Shown: piece by piece, positions 27,712 to 38,100 of the stretch
How positions within the stretch are numbered: position 1 is the first letter of the stretch
Layout: the number at the start of each line of letters is the position of its first letter
Source: Rhodospirillaceae bacterium
Lineage (GTDB): Bacteria > Pseudomonadota > Alphaproteobacteria > Rhodospirillales > Rhodospirillaceae
Assembly: GCA_009694245.1 (NCBI GenBank)
Contig: SHVO01000002.1
Location: 1,741-65,740, forward strand
Direction of reading: 5' to 3'
DNA: 64,000 nt
Notes under the pieces: model-generated
The model's input: the letters and a program-made list of their open reading frames with translations, nothing else
What the model was told of the DNA's origin: nothing
The model's database searches: none
Made by a program: the position numbers and the translations under genes

Positions 27712-28515
27712 ATGGATCTCTCTGCATTCCTGATGGCGGCATTCCTTGGCGTGGTTGAGGGTGTCACAGAATTTCTGCCAATTTCGTCGACGGGCCATCT
27801 GATCCTGGTAGAAGACCTCTTGGGCTTTGAAGGTCCGCGGGGAAAGCTCTTCGAAATCGTTATCCAGCTGGGCGCCATCTTGTCGGTGGTGTGGATTTAC
27901 CGCGACAAGTTATGGCGTACCGCGATGGGCCTGTTCAGCTCCGGCCCAGCCCAACGCCTCACCTTCAATATCCTGATTGCTTTTCTGCCGGCGGCCCTGG
28001 TGGGCGTGCTGGCCCATGATTTTATCAAGGCGTCGCTGTTCTCGCCGTGGGTGGTGTCTGTGGCGCTGGTCGCAGGCGGCATCGCCATTCTGATGATCGA
28101 GCGACTGCAAAGAAATCACAGCGTCACCGCTGTCGAAGATATATCGCCGGGCCGAGCGCTCGCGATTGGCCTGTTCCAGTGCCTGGCCATGATCCCCGGT
28201 GTCAGCCGCGCGGCCGCCACCATCATGGGCGCGCTGCTGATGGGCGTGCGTCGACCCGCCGCGGCGGAATTTTCCTTCCTGCTCGCGATCCCGACCATGT
28301 TCGGGGCGACCGCCTATGACCTCTACCGGAATCGCGATACGCTGAACTCCGACGGCCTCGCGGTTATTGCCGTGGGCTTCGTGGTCTCGTTCATGGTCGC
28401 ACTGATCGTCGTCAAGTGGCTGTTACGCTATATCTCAATCCACGACTTCAGCGCCTTCGCGATCTACCGAATTTTTGTCGGCATTGTGATGCTGGGGATC
28501 TTGCTGGCGCGATAG
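27712..28515 (+). CDS. uppP: Undecaprenyl-diphosphate phosphatase
   Basis: VTEFLPISSTGHL and PGVSR motifs are present, with 8 TM segments. Confidence 0.94.
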   Translation: MDLSAFLMAAFLGVVEGVTEFLPISSTGHLILVEDLLGFEGPRGKLFEIVIQLGAILSVVWIYRDKLWRTAMGLFSSGPAQRLTFNILIAFLPAALVGVLAHDFIKASLFSPWVVSVALVAGGIAILMIERLQRNHSVTAVEDISPGRALAIGLFQCLAMIPGVSRAAATIMGALLMGVRRPAAAEFSFLLAIPTMFGATAYDLYRNRDTLNSDGLAVIAVGFVVSFMVALIVVKWLLRYISIHDFSAFAIYRIFVGIVMLGILLAR

Positions 28516-28526
28516 GCGAGCGCCGC

Positions 28527-29567
28527 TCAAATCGGCCGGAAATCCGCGACGTGAACGTCGCCGCTCTCAGTGCCGGCAAGCAGTTTGTCACCGTCGGGAT
28601 TCCAGCACAGCGAGGTAATCGGGTTGCCGTTGGCTTTCATGACCAGGGCGGATCCGCCCGGCCCGGGCTGTCCCAGTACGATCGTGCCGTCCTCAAAACC
28701 TGCGGCGATTACGTCATGGAGCGGATTGGCGACGACCGCCGTGACCGGTGGGCCGCCGGCGCCGCCGAATTCCTGCGGCGCCTTGCCCATGGGTCCGCCG
28801 CCCGTGAAGGGCCAGCAGATCACCCGGGACGCCCCTCCACTCGCGAGGAAGTGGCCGCGGCGCGTGAAGGTCATTGAGCGCACTTTCGTATCGTAACCGG
28901 TCATGCGCATGTGTTCGCCGTCCGACAGACGCCAGCCGTGCAGGGCATTTTCCTGCATGGCGGTGAGGACGTAATCGCCGTCCGGTGACCACGCCACCTG
29001 CAGATGCGAGCCCTGCCATTGCAGGCTCACGGGTTCGGAGTCCTTGGTCGCCAGCCACCACAAGCTCACGCCGTTATAGTGGCTCACGGCCAGACGACGG
29101 CCCTTCGGGTTGATGGCGATTCCGCCGACGGAGGTCGGGTGGCTAAGTTTCCGCGGCGGGGCACCCAACTTCCCGAGCACGAAGACGTCTTTGCCCGATG
29201 CGTATGCGCGAAATCCGCTGCCGGCATGGGCGGTGACGTGTTCAACCCATCGACCCTTGGTTTCGGCGAGCACTTCGACGGCGCCGATCGGCGCCAGGCG
29301 GACTAGCTTGCCGTCGTCACCGCCGGAGAGAAACGCACCCTTGTCGACGTCGGCCGATAGGCAAAGGCCGGCGCCCTTGTGCGCGCTGACGGTCACCGGC
29401 TCAGCGTCGAGGGTCTCGCTGTCGATCAGCCGGACGGTGCCGTCGCCAAGGCCGACAGCAAATAACTGGCCATTAACGGCGGCGCCGACGACGTAGTCGC
29501 CGAAAGAAAAGGTGGTAACGCGGCCGCCGCTTCTATGGCCTTGCCCGCGGTTTGTCCCGGTCGCCAT
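28527..29567 (-). CDS. WD40-repeat (beta-propeller) protein
   Basis: WD-like blades recur (GGDDGKLV, AWSPDGDYVLTA, CWNPDGDKLLAG). The start ATG lies 3 nt after the stop of the upstream COG0523 gene. Confidence 0.8.
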   Translation of the reverse strand: MATGTNRGQGHRSGGRVTTFSFGDYVVGAAVNGQLFAVGLGDGTVRLIDSETLDAEPVTVSAHKGAGLCLSADVDKGAFLSGGDDGKLVRLAPIGAVEVLAETKGRWVEHVTAHAGSGFRAYASGKDVFVLGKLGAPPRKLSHPTSVGGIAINPKGRRLAVSHYNGVSLWWLATKDSEPVSLQWQGSHLQVAWSPDGDYVLTAMQENALHGWRLSDGEHMRMTGYDTKVRSMTFTRRGHFLASGGASRVICWPFTGGGPMGKAPQEFGGAGGPPVTAVVANPLHDVIAAGFEDGTIVLGQPGPGGSALVMKANGNPITSLCWNPDGDKLLAGTESGDVHVADFRPI

Positions 29568-29570
29568 GGT

Positions 29571-30638
29571 TTATGCGACGCAGCCATTGAAGCCCTTCTC
29601 GAGGGCGGCCTCGTCCAGCTTGCGTCCGATGAGCACCAGGCGGCTGCGGCGATTATCCTTGGCGGGCCATGGGCCGGTGTAGTCGCCTTCCGAGACCATG
29701 TGCACAGCCTGAAAAACAAAGCGCCGATCGTTGCCGGCCATATTCAAGATGCCCTTGGTGCGCAGGATGTTCTGGCCCTCGGTTGCCAGCAGATCGGTCA
29801 TCCAAGCATCGAATTTATCGGCGCTCAAGGGCGCGGCCGTTGCCAGGGAAATGCTGCGGATGTCTTGGTCGTGGATCGGATTGGCCGCGCTGGCGCCGGC
29901 GTGATCATACCCATGATTATGGCCATGGTCATCGCCGTGCTCATGGTCGTGACTATGGTCGTGGGCGGGGTCATGGGCATGGCCATGCAGAAAACAAGGG
30001 TCCAGTTCCAACGCGCGACTGAGGTCGAAGGCGCCCTTGTCGAGGATTTTATCCAGTTCGATGTTGCAGCGGCTGGTGTGGTAAATCTTGGCGAAGGGAT
30101 TGAGCGCGCGGACGCGCGCTTCGATGCGTCCTACGTCGCCGGTCGCGACCAAGTCCGTTTTATTCAACAAGACGATATCGGCGAAGGCGATCTGTTCCTC
30201 GGCTTCGTGGCTGTCGGCCAGGCGCTGCTCGACGTGTTTCGCGTCGAGCACGGTGACAATGCTGTCGAGTCTGGTTTTACGCTTGATGTCGTCGTCGGTG
30301 AAGAATGTCTGGGCGACCGGGGCGGGGTCGGCCAATCCGGTGGTCTCCACGAGAATCGCGTCGAATTTGTCACGGCGCTTCAAGAGGCTGCCGATGATGC
30401 GAATGAGATCGCCGCGGACGGTGCAGCAAATGCACCCGTTGTTCATTTCGAATACTTCCTCGTCGGCGCCTACGACCAGATCATTGTCGATGCCAATCTC
30501 TCCAAATTCATTGACGATCACGGCATATTTTTTGCCGTGGTTCTCCGTCAGCACGCGGTTGAGCAATGTGGTCTTGCCGGCACCCAGGTAACCGGTCAGC
30601 ACGGTGACGGGAATTGCCCCGCTGCCTGATGTGCTCAT
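29571..30638 (-). CDS. COG0523-family (CobW/ZigA/YeiR-like) metallochaperone GTPase with His-rich insert
   Basis: P-loop [12 protein letters not shown], metal motif GCICCT, and the His-rich stretch [29 protein letters not shown] are present, plus a CobW C-terminal domain. Confidence 0.88.
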   Translation of the reverse strand: MSTSGSGAIPVTVLTGYLGAGKTTLLNRVLTENHGKKYAVIVNEFGEIGIDNDLVVGADEEVFEMNNGCICCTVRGDLIRIIGSLLKRRDKFDAILVETTGLADPAPVAQTFFTDDDIKRKTRLDSIVTVLDAKHVEQRLADSHEAEEQIAFADIVLLNKTDLVATGDVGRIEARVRALNPFAKIYHTSRCNIELDKILDKGAFDLSRALELDPCFLHGHAHDPAHDHSHDHEHGDDHGHNHGYDHAGASAANPIHDQDIRSISLATAAPLSADKFDAWMTDLLATEGQNILRTKGILNMAGNDRRFVFQAVHMVSEGDYTGPWPAKDNRRSRLVLIGRKLDEAALEKGFNGCVA

Positions 30639-30672
30639 GTGGTTTGCTCGCTCATGCCGTGCTCCGTGGTTT

Positions 30673-30692
30673 CTATGGTTCAGTCACCATAG
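30673..30692. promoter_or_regulatory. Inverted repeat CTATGGT-N6-ACCATAG upstream of the COG0523 gene (candidate operator)
   Basis: Perfect 7-bp arms lie 35-54 nt upstream of the start codon at 30638. Confidence 0.3.
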
Positions 30693-30763
30693 GGCAGCGT
30701 TATACAGGCGTTACCGGCCGTTGCGAACGGGGAGGGCCCCGGCCGCTCGTCCTCGAAACGCAG

Positions 30764-30792
30764 CCGGCGCGACCCTTAAAGGGCCGCGCCGG
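30764..30792 (-). terminator. Candidate rplI terminator hairpin
   Basis: A 12-bp stem with one mismatch (CCGGCGCGACCC-TTAAA-GGGCCGCGCCGG) is followed on the minus strand by CUGCGUUUCG. Confidence 0.45.
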
Positions 30793-30816
30793 ATAGGGTG
30801 CCGCCAAAAATTGACT

Positions 30817-31395
30817 TCAGGTTGGAATCTCGGCGGACTCGTCATCGGCGTTTTCAGTCGCGGCGCCCTCGGCCACCAGCTTGGCGGCGTCTTCGGCGCG
30901 CTCCAGCAAGTCGGCCGCCTTGGCGATCCCCTGTTTGGCTTCCTCGACCGAGCGGGCGACCGTGAATTCGACGTCGACCTTTACTTCCGGATGCAGACGC
31001 ACGGCTGTCTTGAAATTGCCAAGTGTCTTCACTGGGGCGCTAAGCAACACCTCGGAGGCGCGGTCGACGGCGAAGCCCTTTTCCTTGAGGGCATCGGCGA
31101 TATCGCGGGCGCTGACCGAACCGTACAGCTGTCCGCCCTCGCCGGCTTGGCGCACGATGATCAGCTTGAGGCCGTCCATCTTCCTGGCGACAATCTGGGC
31201 CTCGTCGCGGCGCTTGACGTTGGTGGCTTCCAGCTCAACCCGCTTGGACTCGAAGAGGGACTTATTGTCCTTATTCGCGCGCAGCGCCTTCTTCTGTGGA
31301 AACAGGAAATTGCGGGCAAAGCCCGGTTTCACCGTCACCACCTCGCCCATCTGGCCCAGGCGCTCGATACGTTCCAACAAAATTACTTCCATCAC
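30817..31395 (-). CDS. rplI: 50S ribosomal protein L9
   Basis: N-terminus [33 protein letters not shown] is present. Confidence 0.96.
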   Translation of the reverse strand: MMEVILLERIERLGQMGEVVTVKPGFARNFLFPQKKALRANKDNKSLFESKRVELEATNVKRRDEAQIVARKMDGLKLIIVRQAGEGGQLYGSVSARDIADALKEKGFAVDRASEVLLSAPVKTLGNFKTAVRLHPEVKVDVEFTVARSVEEAKQGIAKAADLLERAEDAAKLVAEGAATENADDESAEIPT

Positions 31396-32360
31396 TCACC
31401 TCCTGTACGCGGCGTGAGGTACCGCGCGCGTATTTGCAAAAAATTATCCATCACGCCGAGGCCGACCAACAACACCGAAAAGATATTCGCCGTCGCCAGA
31501 GCCACCGCATAAAACAACGCCAACCACGCCAAGCGGTACCTTACGCGCGCCGCGGCGTAGTGCACTACCGCGAGGCCTTGCAGTACCAGCGGCAATCCTA
31601 AGATCGCCGCCGCATTGCCGGCAATAAAGCCGGCATCGTTCTTTAACGCCGTCGCCGCCACGGCCGCCGCCCCGAACAAGGCGAAAAACCACTGCGGCAG
31701 CGCGAACTGGCGGTAGGCCGGGGTCGGCCACATCGCCAAGTTCATCTTCGTCAACAGCAACTGGCCAAGACCGACGCTGATCAGCGCCCGTAAACACCAG
31801 TCCCAGGCCGCGATCCCGGGGAGCAGCCCCGCCATGGAGCGCATCACCTCGGCCCTTGCGGCCGTGAAATTAATCCCAGGCTCCGCGCCCGCGGTAGCTT
31901 GCGGAAGGGCCGGCAAGATTGCCTCAAGCCGCGCCCGCAACGTTGCCTCAATCCCGTCCGCGCCTGCCGACATCAGGGCAAGCCCCGTCACGACGGCCGC
32001 GAAAGCCACCAGCACCAGCCAGCACACCGATCGGCCCAGGGCCGCGCCGTCGATCGGCTTGCTCCCGGCCACCATGGCCGCCAGTCCCAGGCGGGACAGA
32101 AGCGCGACCGGCGCCGCGTCCACCGCCAAATATACTGCCGCGAGGGAGAATGATCCCGACACGACCGTTACCGTTACCACGCCCGCGAAGACAGTCAGCG
32201 GCAGGTAGACGACGCCGAAGCTGAAGATTACCATCGCCAACGGCAGTGGCGACAACATCGCTCCGACCATCACCCCCAACACCGATTTACGAAGGGCCGC
32301 TACCAGAAGCAACGCACCGAGGGCTCCGGCAACGACGGCAATGGTGCTGGTGCGCGTCAC
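31392..32360 (-). CDS. DUF2232-like polytopic membrane protein (conserved between rpsR and rplI in Alphaproteobacteria)
   Basis: Highly hydrophobic protein of about 322 aa. The start is set at GTG 32360, immediately after the rpsR stop. The longer tracked ORF overlaps rpsR. Confidence 0.7.
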   Translation of the reverse strand: MTRTSTIAVVAGALGALLLVAALRKSVLGVMVGAMLSPLPLAMVIFSFGVVYLPLTVFAGVVTVTVVSGSFSLAAVYLAVDAAPVALLSRLGLAAMVAGSKPIDGAALGRSVCWLVLVAFAAVVTGLALMSAGADGIEATLRARLEAILPALPQATAGAEPGINFTAARAEVMRSMAGLLPGIAAWDWCLRALISVGLGQLLLTKMNLAMWPTPAYRQFALPQWFFALFGAAAVAATALKNDAGFIAGNAAAILGLPLVLQGLAVVHYAAARVRYRLAWLALFYAVALATANIFSVLLVGLGVMDNFLQIRARYLTPRTGGE

Positions 32361-32361
32361 A

Positions 32362-32601
32362 TCAGATCGCGATGACGTATGGCAGCAGCGCCAGGAAACG
32401 CGCGCGCTTGATGGCTCGCGCAAGCTCGCGTTGTTTCTTGGTCGACACCGCCGTAATACGGCTGGGCACGATCTTGCCGCGCTCGGAGATATAGCGCAGC
32501 AACAACCGCGTATCCTTGTAATCGATCTTCGGCGCATTGCTGCCCGTGAACGGGCAGGTCTTGCGGCGGCGGAAGAACGGCTTGCGTCCTGGAGCGGGCA
32601 T
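32362..32601 (-). CDS. rpsR: 30S ribosomal protein S18
   Basis: [10 protein letters not shown]...[20 protein letters not shown] are present. Confidence 0.96.
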   Translation of the reverse strand: MPAPGRKPFFRRRKTCPFTGSNAPKIDYKDTRLLLRYISERGKIVPSRITAVSTKKQRELARAIKRARFLALLPYVIAI

Positions 32602-33164
32602 TAGGATTCTCCCGAATTCGAAGAGTTGTCGCCTTCAAAGCTTCGCGGCCGGCGTCCGGAGCCGAAACGACCCCCGTCACGGTCACCGCCGCCCGTGCCG
32701 GCGCCGGCGCCTTCTTCACGCGGCCGGCGGAATCCGCCGCCGCCGCCGCCGCCGAAGCCACCGCCCCCGCCAAAGCCACCACCGTCACGGCCGCCGCGAC
32801 CACCGCCGCCACCGAAGAAGCCGGTGCGCTCTGGCGGCCGGTCTTTGTTGGTCAGCACGGCCGACGGGCCCTCTTCCAGGGCTTCCACGCTTACGGTCAG
32901 GTAACGCAGCACGTCTTCATTGATGCGCATGCGACGCTCATACTCGTTGATCGCCGCGGGCGGGGCGTCGATGTTGAAGAACACGTAGTGTGCCTTGCGG
33001 TTCTTTTTGATTTTATAGGTCAGCGAACGCAGGCCCCAAAGCTCACGCTTGGTTACCTTGCCGCCACCTTCCGCAATAATATTGGTGAGTTCGTCCGCCA
33101 GTGTGTCCACCTGGGTGGTGGCAATGTCCTGACGCGCGATCACCACGCTCTCGTAAAAAGGCAT
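32601..33164 (-). CDS. rpsF: 30S ribosomal protein S6 with about 80-aa Gly/Arg-rich C-terminal tail
   Basis: [13 protein letters not shown]...[19 protein letters not shown] forms the S6 core. The tail reads [33 protein letters not shown].... The stop overlaps the rpsR ATG (TAATG). Confidence 0.93.
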   Translation of the reverse strand: MPFYESVVIARQDIATTQVDTLADELTNIIAEGGGKVTKRELWGLRSLTYKIKKNRKAHYVFFNIDAPPAAINEYERRMRINEDVLRYLTVSVEALEEGPSAVLTNKDRPPERTGFFGGGGGRGGRDGGGFGGGGGFGGGGGGGFRRPREEGAGAGTGGGDRDGGRFGSGRRPRSFEGDNSSNSGES

Positions 33165-33483
33165 GGTCCGAGGACTCCCTTTGGCTTGTCTCGTCCCAGG
33201 CCTAACCGCCAATCGGTAGGCGCCGGGCATAGCCGACCCTGGTGGGCCAGCAAGGAGCTATGTAAGGGCGCGGAATATACACACTTGCCCCAGTCGGGCA
33301 AGGCATTCCGCCGGTTTTGGGCGGCCGGCCGGGCCTCCGCCATCGACCACCCGGCGACGGCCGATTCGGTCATAATATATATGTTTATCAACATATTAGA
33401 TTATGGCGCGGTCGCCTTCCTTGACAGCTGCGTGACAGTCCGGTCAGGTCTCGCCTGGAAAAGCTGACCGTTGGAGTGAATTC

Positions 33484-34428
33484 ATGACGAGGGCTTACGT
33501 CTTCCCGGGCCAAGGTTCCCAGGCGGTCGGCATGGGCAAGGAGCTGGCGGCGGCCTTTAGCGATGCCCGCGAGGTCTTCGCCGAGGTTGACGACGCCGTG
33601 AAGCAAGATCTGTCCAAACTGATGTTCGATGGTCCGCCTGAGACCTTAATCCTCACGGAGAACGCCCAACCAGCCCTGATGGCGGTCAGCGCGGCGGTCG
33701 TCAGGATTCTCGAGAAACAAGGCAACGTTTCCATCCGCCATACCGCCCATTGTGTCGCGGGACATTCACTGGGCGAGTATTCGGCACTTGCCGCGGCCGG
33801 CTCACTGACGCTGTCGGATACCGCCAGGCTGCTCAAGACCCGCGGCCAGGCCATGCAGAAAGCCGTACCGGTGGGCGAAGGGGCCATGGCAGTGCTTCTT
33901 GGGCTGGAGCTGGACCAAGCGCAAGACGTCGCCCGCGAAGCCAGCGGCAGCGGTGAAATCTGCGCGACCGCTAACGACAACGCCCCGGGTCAGGTCGTGG
34001 TGTCGGGCCACCGCGCCGCCGTCGAACGCGCGATCGAACTCGCTAAAGCGAGAGGCGGACGGCGTGCCATGCTGCTGCCGGTCAGCGCCCCGTTTCACTG
34101 TCCCCTGATGAAACCCGCCGCCGACGTCATGGCCAACGCCCTTTCCCAGGTGACGATAAAATCACCCAGCCTGCCGGTGATCGCCAACGTCACGGCGGCG
34201 GCGGTAATCGATCCCATCGAGATCCGCAGGCTACTGGTCGAGCAGGTCACGGCCATGGTGCGCTGGCGCGAAAGCGTGCGCGCGATGAAGGATGCCGGCG
34301 TCGATACGCTGGTTGAGTTGGGGTCCGGCAAGGTGCTGACCGGCCTGGCAAAACGCATCGATGGCGATCTGACGGGCATCAGCCTGCAGGCACCTCAAGA
34401 CATCGAGGACTTTCTTAAACGCACCTAA
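33484..34428 (+). CDS. fabD: Malonyl CoA-ACP transacylase
   Basis: FPGQGSQ and GHSLGEYSAL are present. Confidence 0.96.
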   Translation: MTRAYVFPGQGSQAVGMGKELAAAFSDAREVFAEVDDAVKQDLSKLMFDGPPETLILTENAQPALMAVSAAVVRILEKQGNVSIRHTAHCVAGHSLGEYSALAAAGSLTLSDTARLLKTRGQAMQKAVPVGEGAMAVLLGLELDQAQDVAREASGSGEICATANDNAPGQVVVSGHRAAVERAIELAKARGGRRAMLLPVSAPFHCPLMKPAADVMANALSQVTIKSPSLPVIANVTAAAVIDPIEIRRLLVEQVTAMVRWRESVRAMKDAGVDTLVELGSGKVLTGLAKRIDGDLTGISLQAPQDIEDFLKRT

Positions 34429-34487
34429 TTCCGCGGCTCGATTGCCGCCGGTGATTCCCATGATCACGATCTTAGCGGAGATTTCCG

Positions 34488-35228
34488 ATGTTTGATTTGT
34501 CCGGCAAAACAGCGCTGGTCACCGGCGCAAGTGGCGGCCTTGGTTCGGCCATCGCCCGTGCGCTTCATGCACAAGGCGCGGTTGTTGGACTTCACGGCTC
34601 GCGGCGCGAAGTGCTGGAAGCGCTGGCGGCAGACCTCAAGGAACGCGCTCATATTTTTGTGGCGAACCTGGCCGAAAGCGATGCGGTCGTGGAAAAACTG
34701 ATTCCCGATGCCGAGGCCGCTATGGGCCGGCTCGACATTTTAGTGAACAATGCGGGGATCACGCGGGACGGATTGATCCTGCGCATGAAGGACCAGGATT
34801 TCTGGGACGTCATCAACATCAATCTTGCTGTCGCCTTCAAGCTCAGCCGCGCCAGCGTCAAAGGCATGATGAAAAGACGATACGGCCGGATCGTCAACAT
34901 CACGTCGGTGGTTGGCGTCACCGGCAACCCCGGGCAGACCAATTACGTGGCGTCCAAGGCCGGATTGATCGGCCTGACCAAGTCGCTCGCTCAGGAAGTC
35001 GCGAGCCGCGGCATTACCGTCAACGCCGTGGCCCCGGGTCTGATCGCAAGCGCGATTAGCGACAAACTTACCGAGGATCAAAAGGCCAGGTTTTTGGAGG
35101 CTATCCCCGTGGGCCGGATCGGGGAGGGAGCCGACATTGGCGCCGCGGTGGTCTATCTCGCCAGCGCTGAGGCCGCCTACGTGACCGGCCAGACACTGCA
35201 CGTAAACGGCGGTATGGCTATGATTTAG
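34488..35228 (+). CDS. fabG: 3-oxoacyl-ACP reductase
   Basis: VTGASGGLGSAIA, NNAGITRD and YVASKAG are present. Confidence 0.95.
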   Translation: MFDLSGKTALVTGASGGLGSAIARALHAQGAVVGLHGSRREVLEALAADLKERAHIFVANLAESDAVVEKLIPDAEAAMGRLDILVNNAGITRDGLILRMKDQDFWDVININLAVAFKLSRASVKGMMKRRYGRIVNITSVVGVTGNPGQTNYVASKAGLIGLTKSLAQEVASRGITVNAVAPGLIASAISDKLTEDQKARFLEAIPVGRIGEGADIGAAVVYLASAEAAYVTGQTLHVNGGMAMI

Positions 35229-35411
35229 CGGTGCCAGGAGCGCGATTTGGCGCGGCGGCGCGGGACCCTAGCCAAGAAAAATGTAATATGCTACTCAACC
35301 CCCCTCCGACGGGGACCCTTGTCCGAAGGGGAAGCTGGGTTTCAAGGCTGTTGAGTTCACCGCCGGCTGACGTCACATTTACTTAAAAAATAGAACGTTG
35401 AGGAATTACGA

Positions 35412-35651
35412 ATGAGCGACGTTGCTGACCGCGTAAAAAAGATTGTCGTCGAGCATTTGGGCGTTGAAGAGTCCAAGGTAACGGACTTCGCGAGCTTTAT
35501 CGACGACTTGGGTGCCGACAGCTTGGATACGGTCGAGCTAGTCATGGCCTTCGAGGAAGAGTTCAGTGTCGAGATTCCAGACGATGCGGCGGAAAAGATC
35601 CTAACGGTGAAGGACGCGATCGCCTTCATCCAGGCGAACGCCAGCAAATAA
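35412..35651 (+). CDS. acpP: Acyl carrier protein
   Basis: [19 protein letters not shown] contains the phosphopantetheine Ser. Confidence 0.97.
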   Translation: MSDVADRVKKIVVEHLGVEESKVTDFASFIDDLGADSLDTVELVMAFEEEFSVEIPDDAAEKILTVKDAIAFIQANASK

Positions 35652-35792
35652 TTTTGCGCGCCATTCGATTGGGCAACAGCCTGACGAATTCGGACCGGTT
35701 AAGGTGCAATGGGGCCTAGGAAGATACCAGGTCCCATCGCCGTTTCTGGAGCACCAGCGCCGGTGGCATACTGAACGGGAATTTGGTTCACC

Positions 35793-37067
35793 ATGGCCTT
35801 CGAACCTAAACGGATCGTTGTTACCGGCATTGGCCTGACGACCCCGCTCGGCACGGGAGTCGCGGGCAATTGGGAATCCCTCACCGCCGGTAAGTCCGGC
35901 ATCGGCGCCATCACGCGCTTTCCCGCCGATGATTTGCCGTGCCGCGTGGGCGGCGAAGTGCCGCTGGCGGAAGATCATCCCTACAAGTTCATCGCCGACA
36001 CCATCGTCTCGCCGAAAGAGCGCCGGCGCATGGACGATTTCATCGTCTACGGCATGGCCGCGGCCGAGGAAGCGATCAAGGATTCCGGCTGGGCGCCGCC
36101 CAACGACGAAGCCCGCGAACGCACCGGCGTGATGATCGGCTCGGGCATCGGCGGGCTCGCCACTATTGACGACACATCGAAGACCCTCAATGCGCAAGGT
36201 CCACGGCGGGTGTCACCATTCTTCATCCCGGCGAGCCTGATCAATCTGGCCTCGGGCCAGGTTTCGATCCGCCACGGCTTCAAGGGCCCAAACCACGCGC
36301 CGGTGACGGCTTGCGCGACCGGCGCCCATGCCATCGGCGATGCCGCACGGCTCATCAAGTACGGCGACGCCGACGTGATGGTCGCGGGCGGTGCGGAATC
36401 CGCGCTGTGCCGGTTGGGCATCGCCGGCTTTGCCGCCATGAAGGCGCTCTCCACCGGCTATAACGATACGCCCACGCGGGCCTCGCGTCCCTGGGACAAG
36501 GGCCGCGACGGCTTTGTCATGGGCGAGGGTGCGGGTGTACTGGTGCTCGAGGACCTTGAGCACGCCAAGAAGCGCGGCGCAAAAATTTATGCCGAAATTC
36601 TCGGCTACGGGCTGGCCGGCGACGCCTACCATCTGACCGCGCCTGCCGAAGACGGTTCGGGTGGATTCCGCGCCATGCGCGGCGCCTTGCGTGATGCGCA
36701 GCTCAACGCCGATCAGATCGACTACGTCAACGCGCACGGCACATCGACGCCCAAAGGCGATGAGATCGAGCTGATGTCCGTCAAGCGCATTTTTGGTGAC
36801 CATGCTTACAAGTTGTCGATGTCGTCGACCAAGTCGGCGATCGGCCATTTGCTCGGCGCGGCCGGCGCGGTCGAGGCGATCTATTCGATTCTCGCGCTCC
36901 GCGATCAAGTGGCGCCGCCGACTCTCAATCTCGACGATCCGTCCGACGGCTGCGACATCGACCTGGTGCCGCACAAGGCCAAGCCTCGGAAAATCCGTTT
37001 TGTCCTTTCGAACTCCTTCGGCTTCGGCGGGACGAATGCGTCCCTCATCATTGGCCCGGCGCCGTAG
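35793..37067 (+). CDS. fabF: 3-oxoacyl-ACP synthase II
   Basis: Active-site Cys in TACATGAH, plus NAHGTSTP and GHLLGAAG, are present. Confidence 0.96.
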   Translation: MAFEPKRIVVTGIGLTTPLGTGVAGNWESLTAGKSGIGAITRFPADDLPCRVGGEVPLAEDHPYKFIADTIVSPKERRRMDDFIVYGMAAAEEAIKDSGWAPPNDEARERTGVMIGSGIGGLATIDDTSKTLNAQGPRRVSPFFIPASLINLASGQVSIRHGFKGPNHAPVTACATGAHAIGDAARLIKYGDADVMVAGGAESALCRLGIAGFAAMKALSTGYNDTPTRASRPWDKGRDGFVMGEGAGVLVLEDLEHAKKRGAKIYAEILGYGLAGDAYHLTAPAEDGSGGFRAMRGALRDAQLNADQIDYVNAHGTSTPKGDEIELMSVKRIFGDHAYKLSMSSTKSAIGHLLGAAGAVEAIYSILALRDQVAPPTLNLDDPSDGCDIDLVPHKAKPRKIRFVLSNSFGFGGTNASLIIGPAP

Positions 37068-37122
37068 GCCGGCCGTGCGCGGCCTTCCATGACGCGCTCA
37101 ACCCCATGACCCACCCGAACAT

Positions 37123-38100
37123 ATGAAGTGGGTACGCCTCGTCGCAGTACTTGGTCTGTTGGCCATGGCTGCAAGTGGGGCGGTGTATCTTTGGTTCGCC
37201 CGCGCGGTAGAGGGTCCCGGCCCCCTGCAAGCTTCGGTGACGGTGATCGTCGCACCCGGCGCCGGCGTTTCGGCGATTGCGCGGCAAATGGTCGTTGCCG
37301 GCATCGCGGACAGGCCCTGGATGATGGTGCTCGAGGCCCGGCGTAGCGGTCAGGACCGCCACCTCAAACCCGGAGAATACCGTTTCGACCCCGGCGTCAG
37401 CATCGCAGGCGTTCTTGGAAAACTTGTCACTCATGAGGTGGTCGCTCGCTTCGTCACCATCCCCGAAGGTCTGGTGGCCGCGGAAATTCGCCAGATCCTC
37501 CGAGGCGCCGAGGGACTAACTGGAGAGCTCACGTCGCCGATTCTCGACGGCGACCTATTGCCGGAAACCTATCGTTACGAATGGGGCGACCACCGTGAGG
37601 ATGTTGTCGCGCGCATGCGCGCGGCTAAGGCTGCCGCAGTTAGGGAGCTTTGGGCGGCGCGCGCGTCGGATCTGCCGTTGAATTCGCCGCAAGAGGCGGT
37701 TGTGTTAGCTTCGATCGTCGAGAAGGAGACCGGATTGGCCAGTGAACGTGCCCAGGTCGCTGCAGTGTTCACCAACAGGCTGCGCCGCGGCATGAAATTG
37801 CAGTCCGACCCGACGGTGCTCTACGGCCTGTCACGGGCAGGTGATCGCGGCGGCCTGACCATCGCCGACCTTGAGCGTCCGACACCCTTCAACACCTATG
37901 TCATTTCCGGCCTGCCGCCGTCACCGATTTGCAGCCCCGGCCGGGCGGCCCTGGCGGCGGTTTTGAATCCAGCGATCTCCGTAGATCTTTACTTTGTCGC
38001 CGACGGCACCGGCGGCCACGCCTTTGCCGCGACCTTGGAGGGCCATAACCGCAATGTCGCCCGCTGGCGCGATATTCAGCGCCAAAATGACCTACGCTGA
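37123..38100 (+). CDS. mltG: Endolytic murein transglycosylase MltG (YceG)
   Basis: An N-terminal TM and a YceG-like domain (ASIVEKET, LQSDPTV.YG) are present. The gene follows fabF as in many bacteria. Confidence 0.9.
   Translation: MKWVRLVAVLGLLAMAASGAVYLWFARAVEGPGPLQASVTVIVAPGAGVSAIARQMVVAGIADRPWMMVLEARRSGQDRHLKPGEYRFDPGVSIAGVLGKLVTHEVVARFVTIPEGLVAAEIRQILRGAEGLTGELTSPILDGDLLPETYRYEWGDHREDVVARMRAAKAAAVRELWAARASDLPLNSPQEAVVLASIVEKETGLASERAQVAAVFTNRLRRGMKLQSDPTVLYGLSRAGDRGGLTIADLERPTPFNTYVISGLPPSPICSPGRAALAAVLNPAISVDLYFVADGTGGHAFAATLEGHNRNVARWRDIQRQNDLR

Noticed and set aside
30639-30720. Zur box upstream of the His-rich COG0523 gene
   Set aside because: The only partial resemblance is CGTTATACAGG. 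There is no AT-rich palindrome of the GTTATAAC type. The inverted repeat that is present (CTATGGT-N6-ACCATAG) has a different composition, so I report it only as an unassigned candidate operator.
32626-32904. Proline-rich ORF (…[27 protein letters not shown]…)
   Set aside because: It is the reverse-strand reading of the GGC-rich repeat that encodes the S6 Gly/Arg tail, so it is an artefact of the simple repeat.
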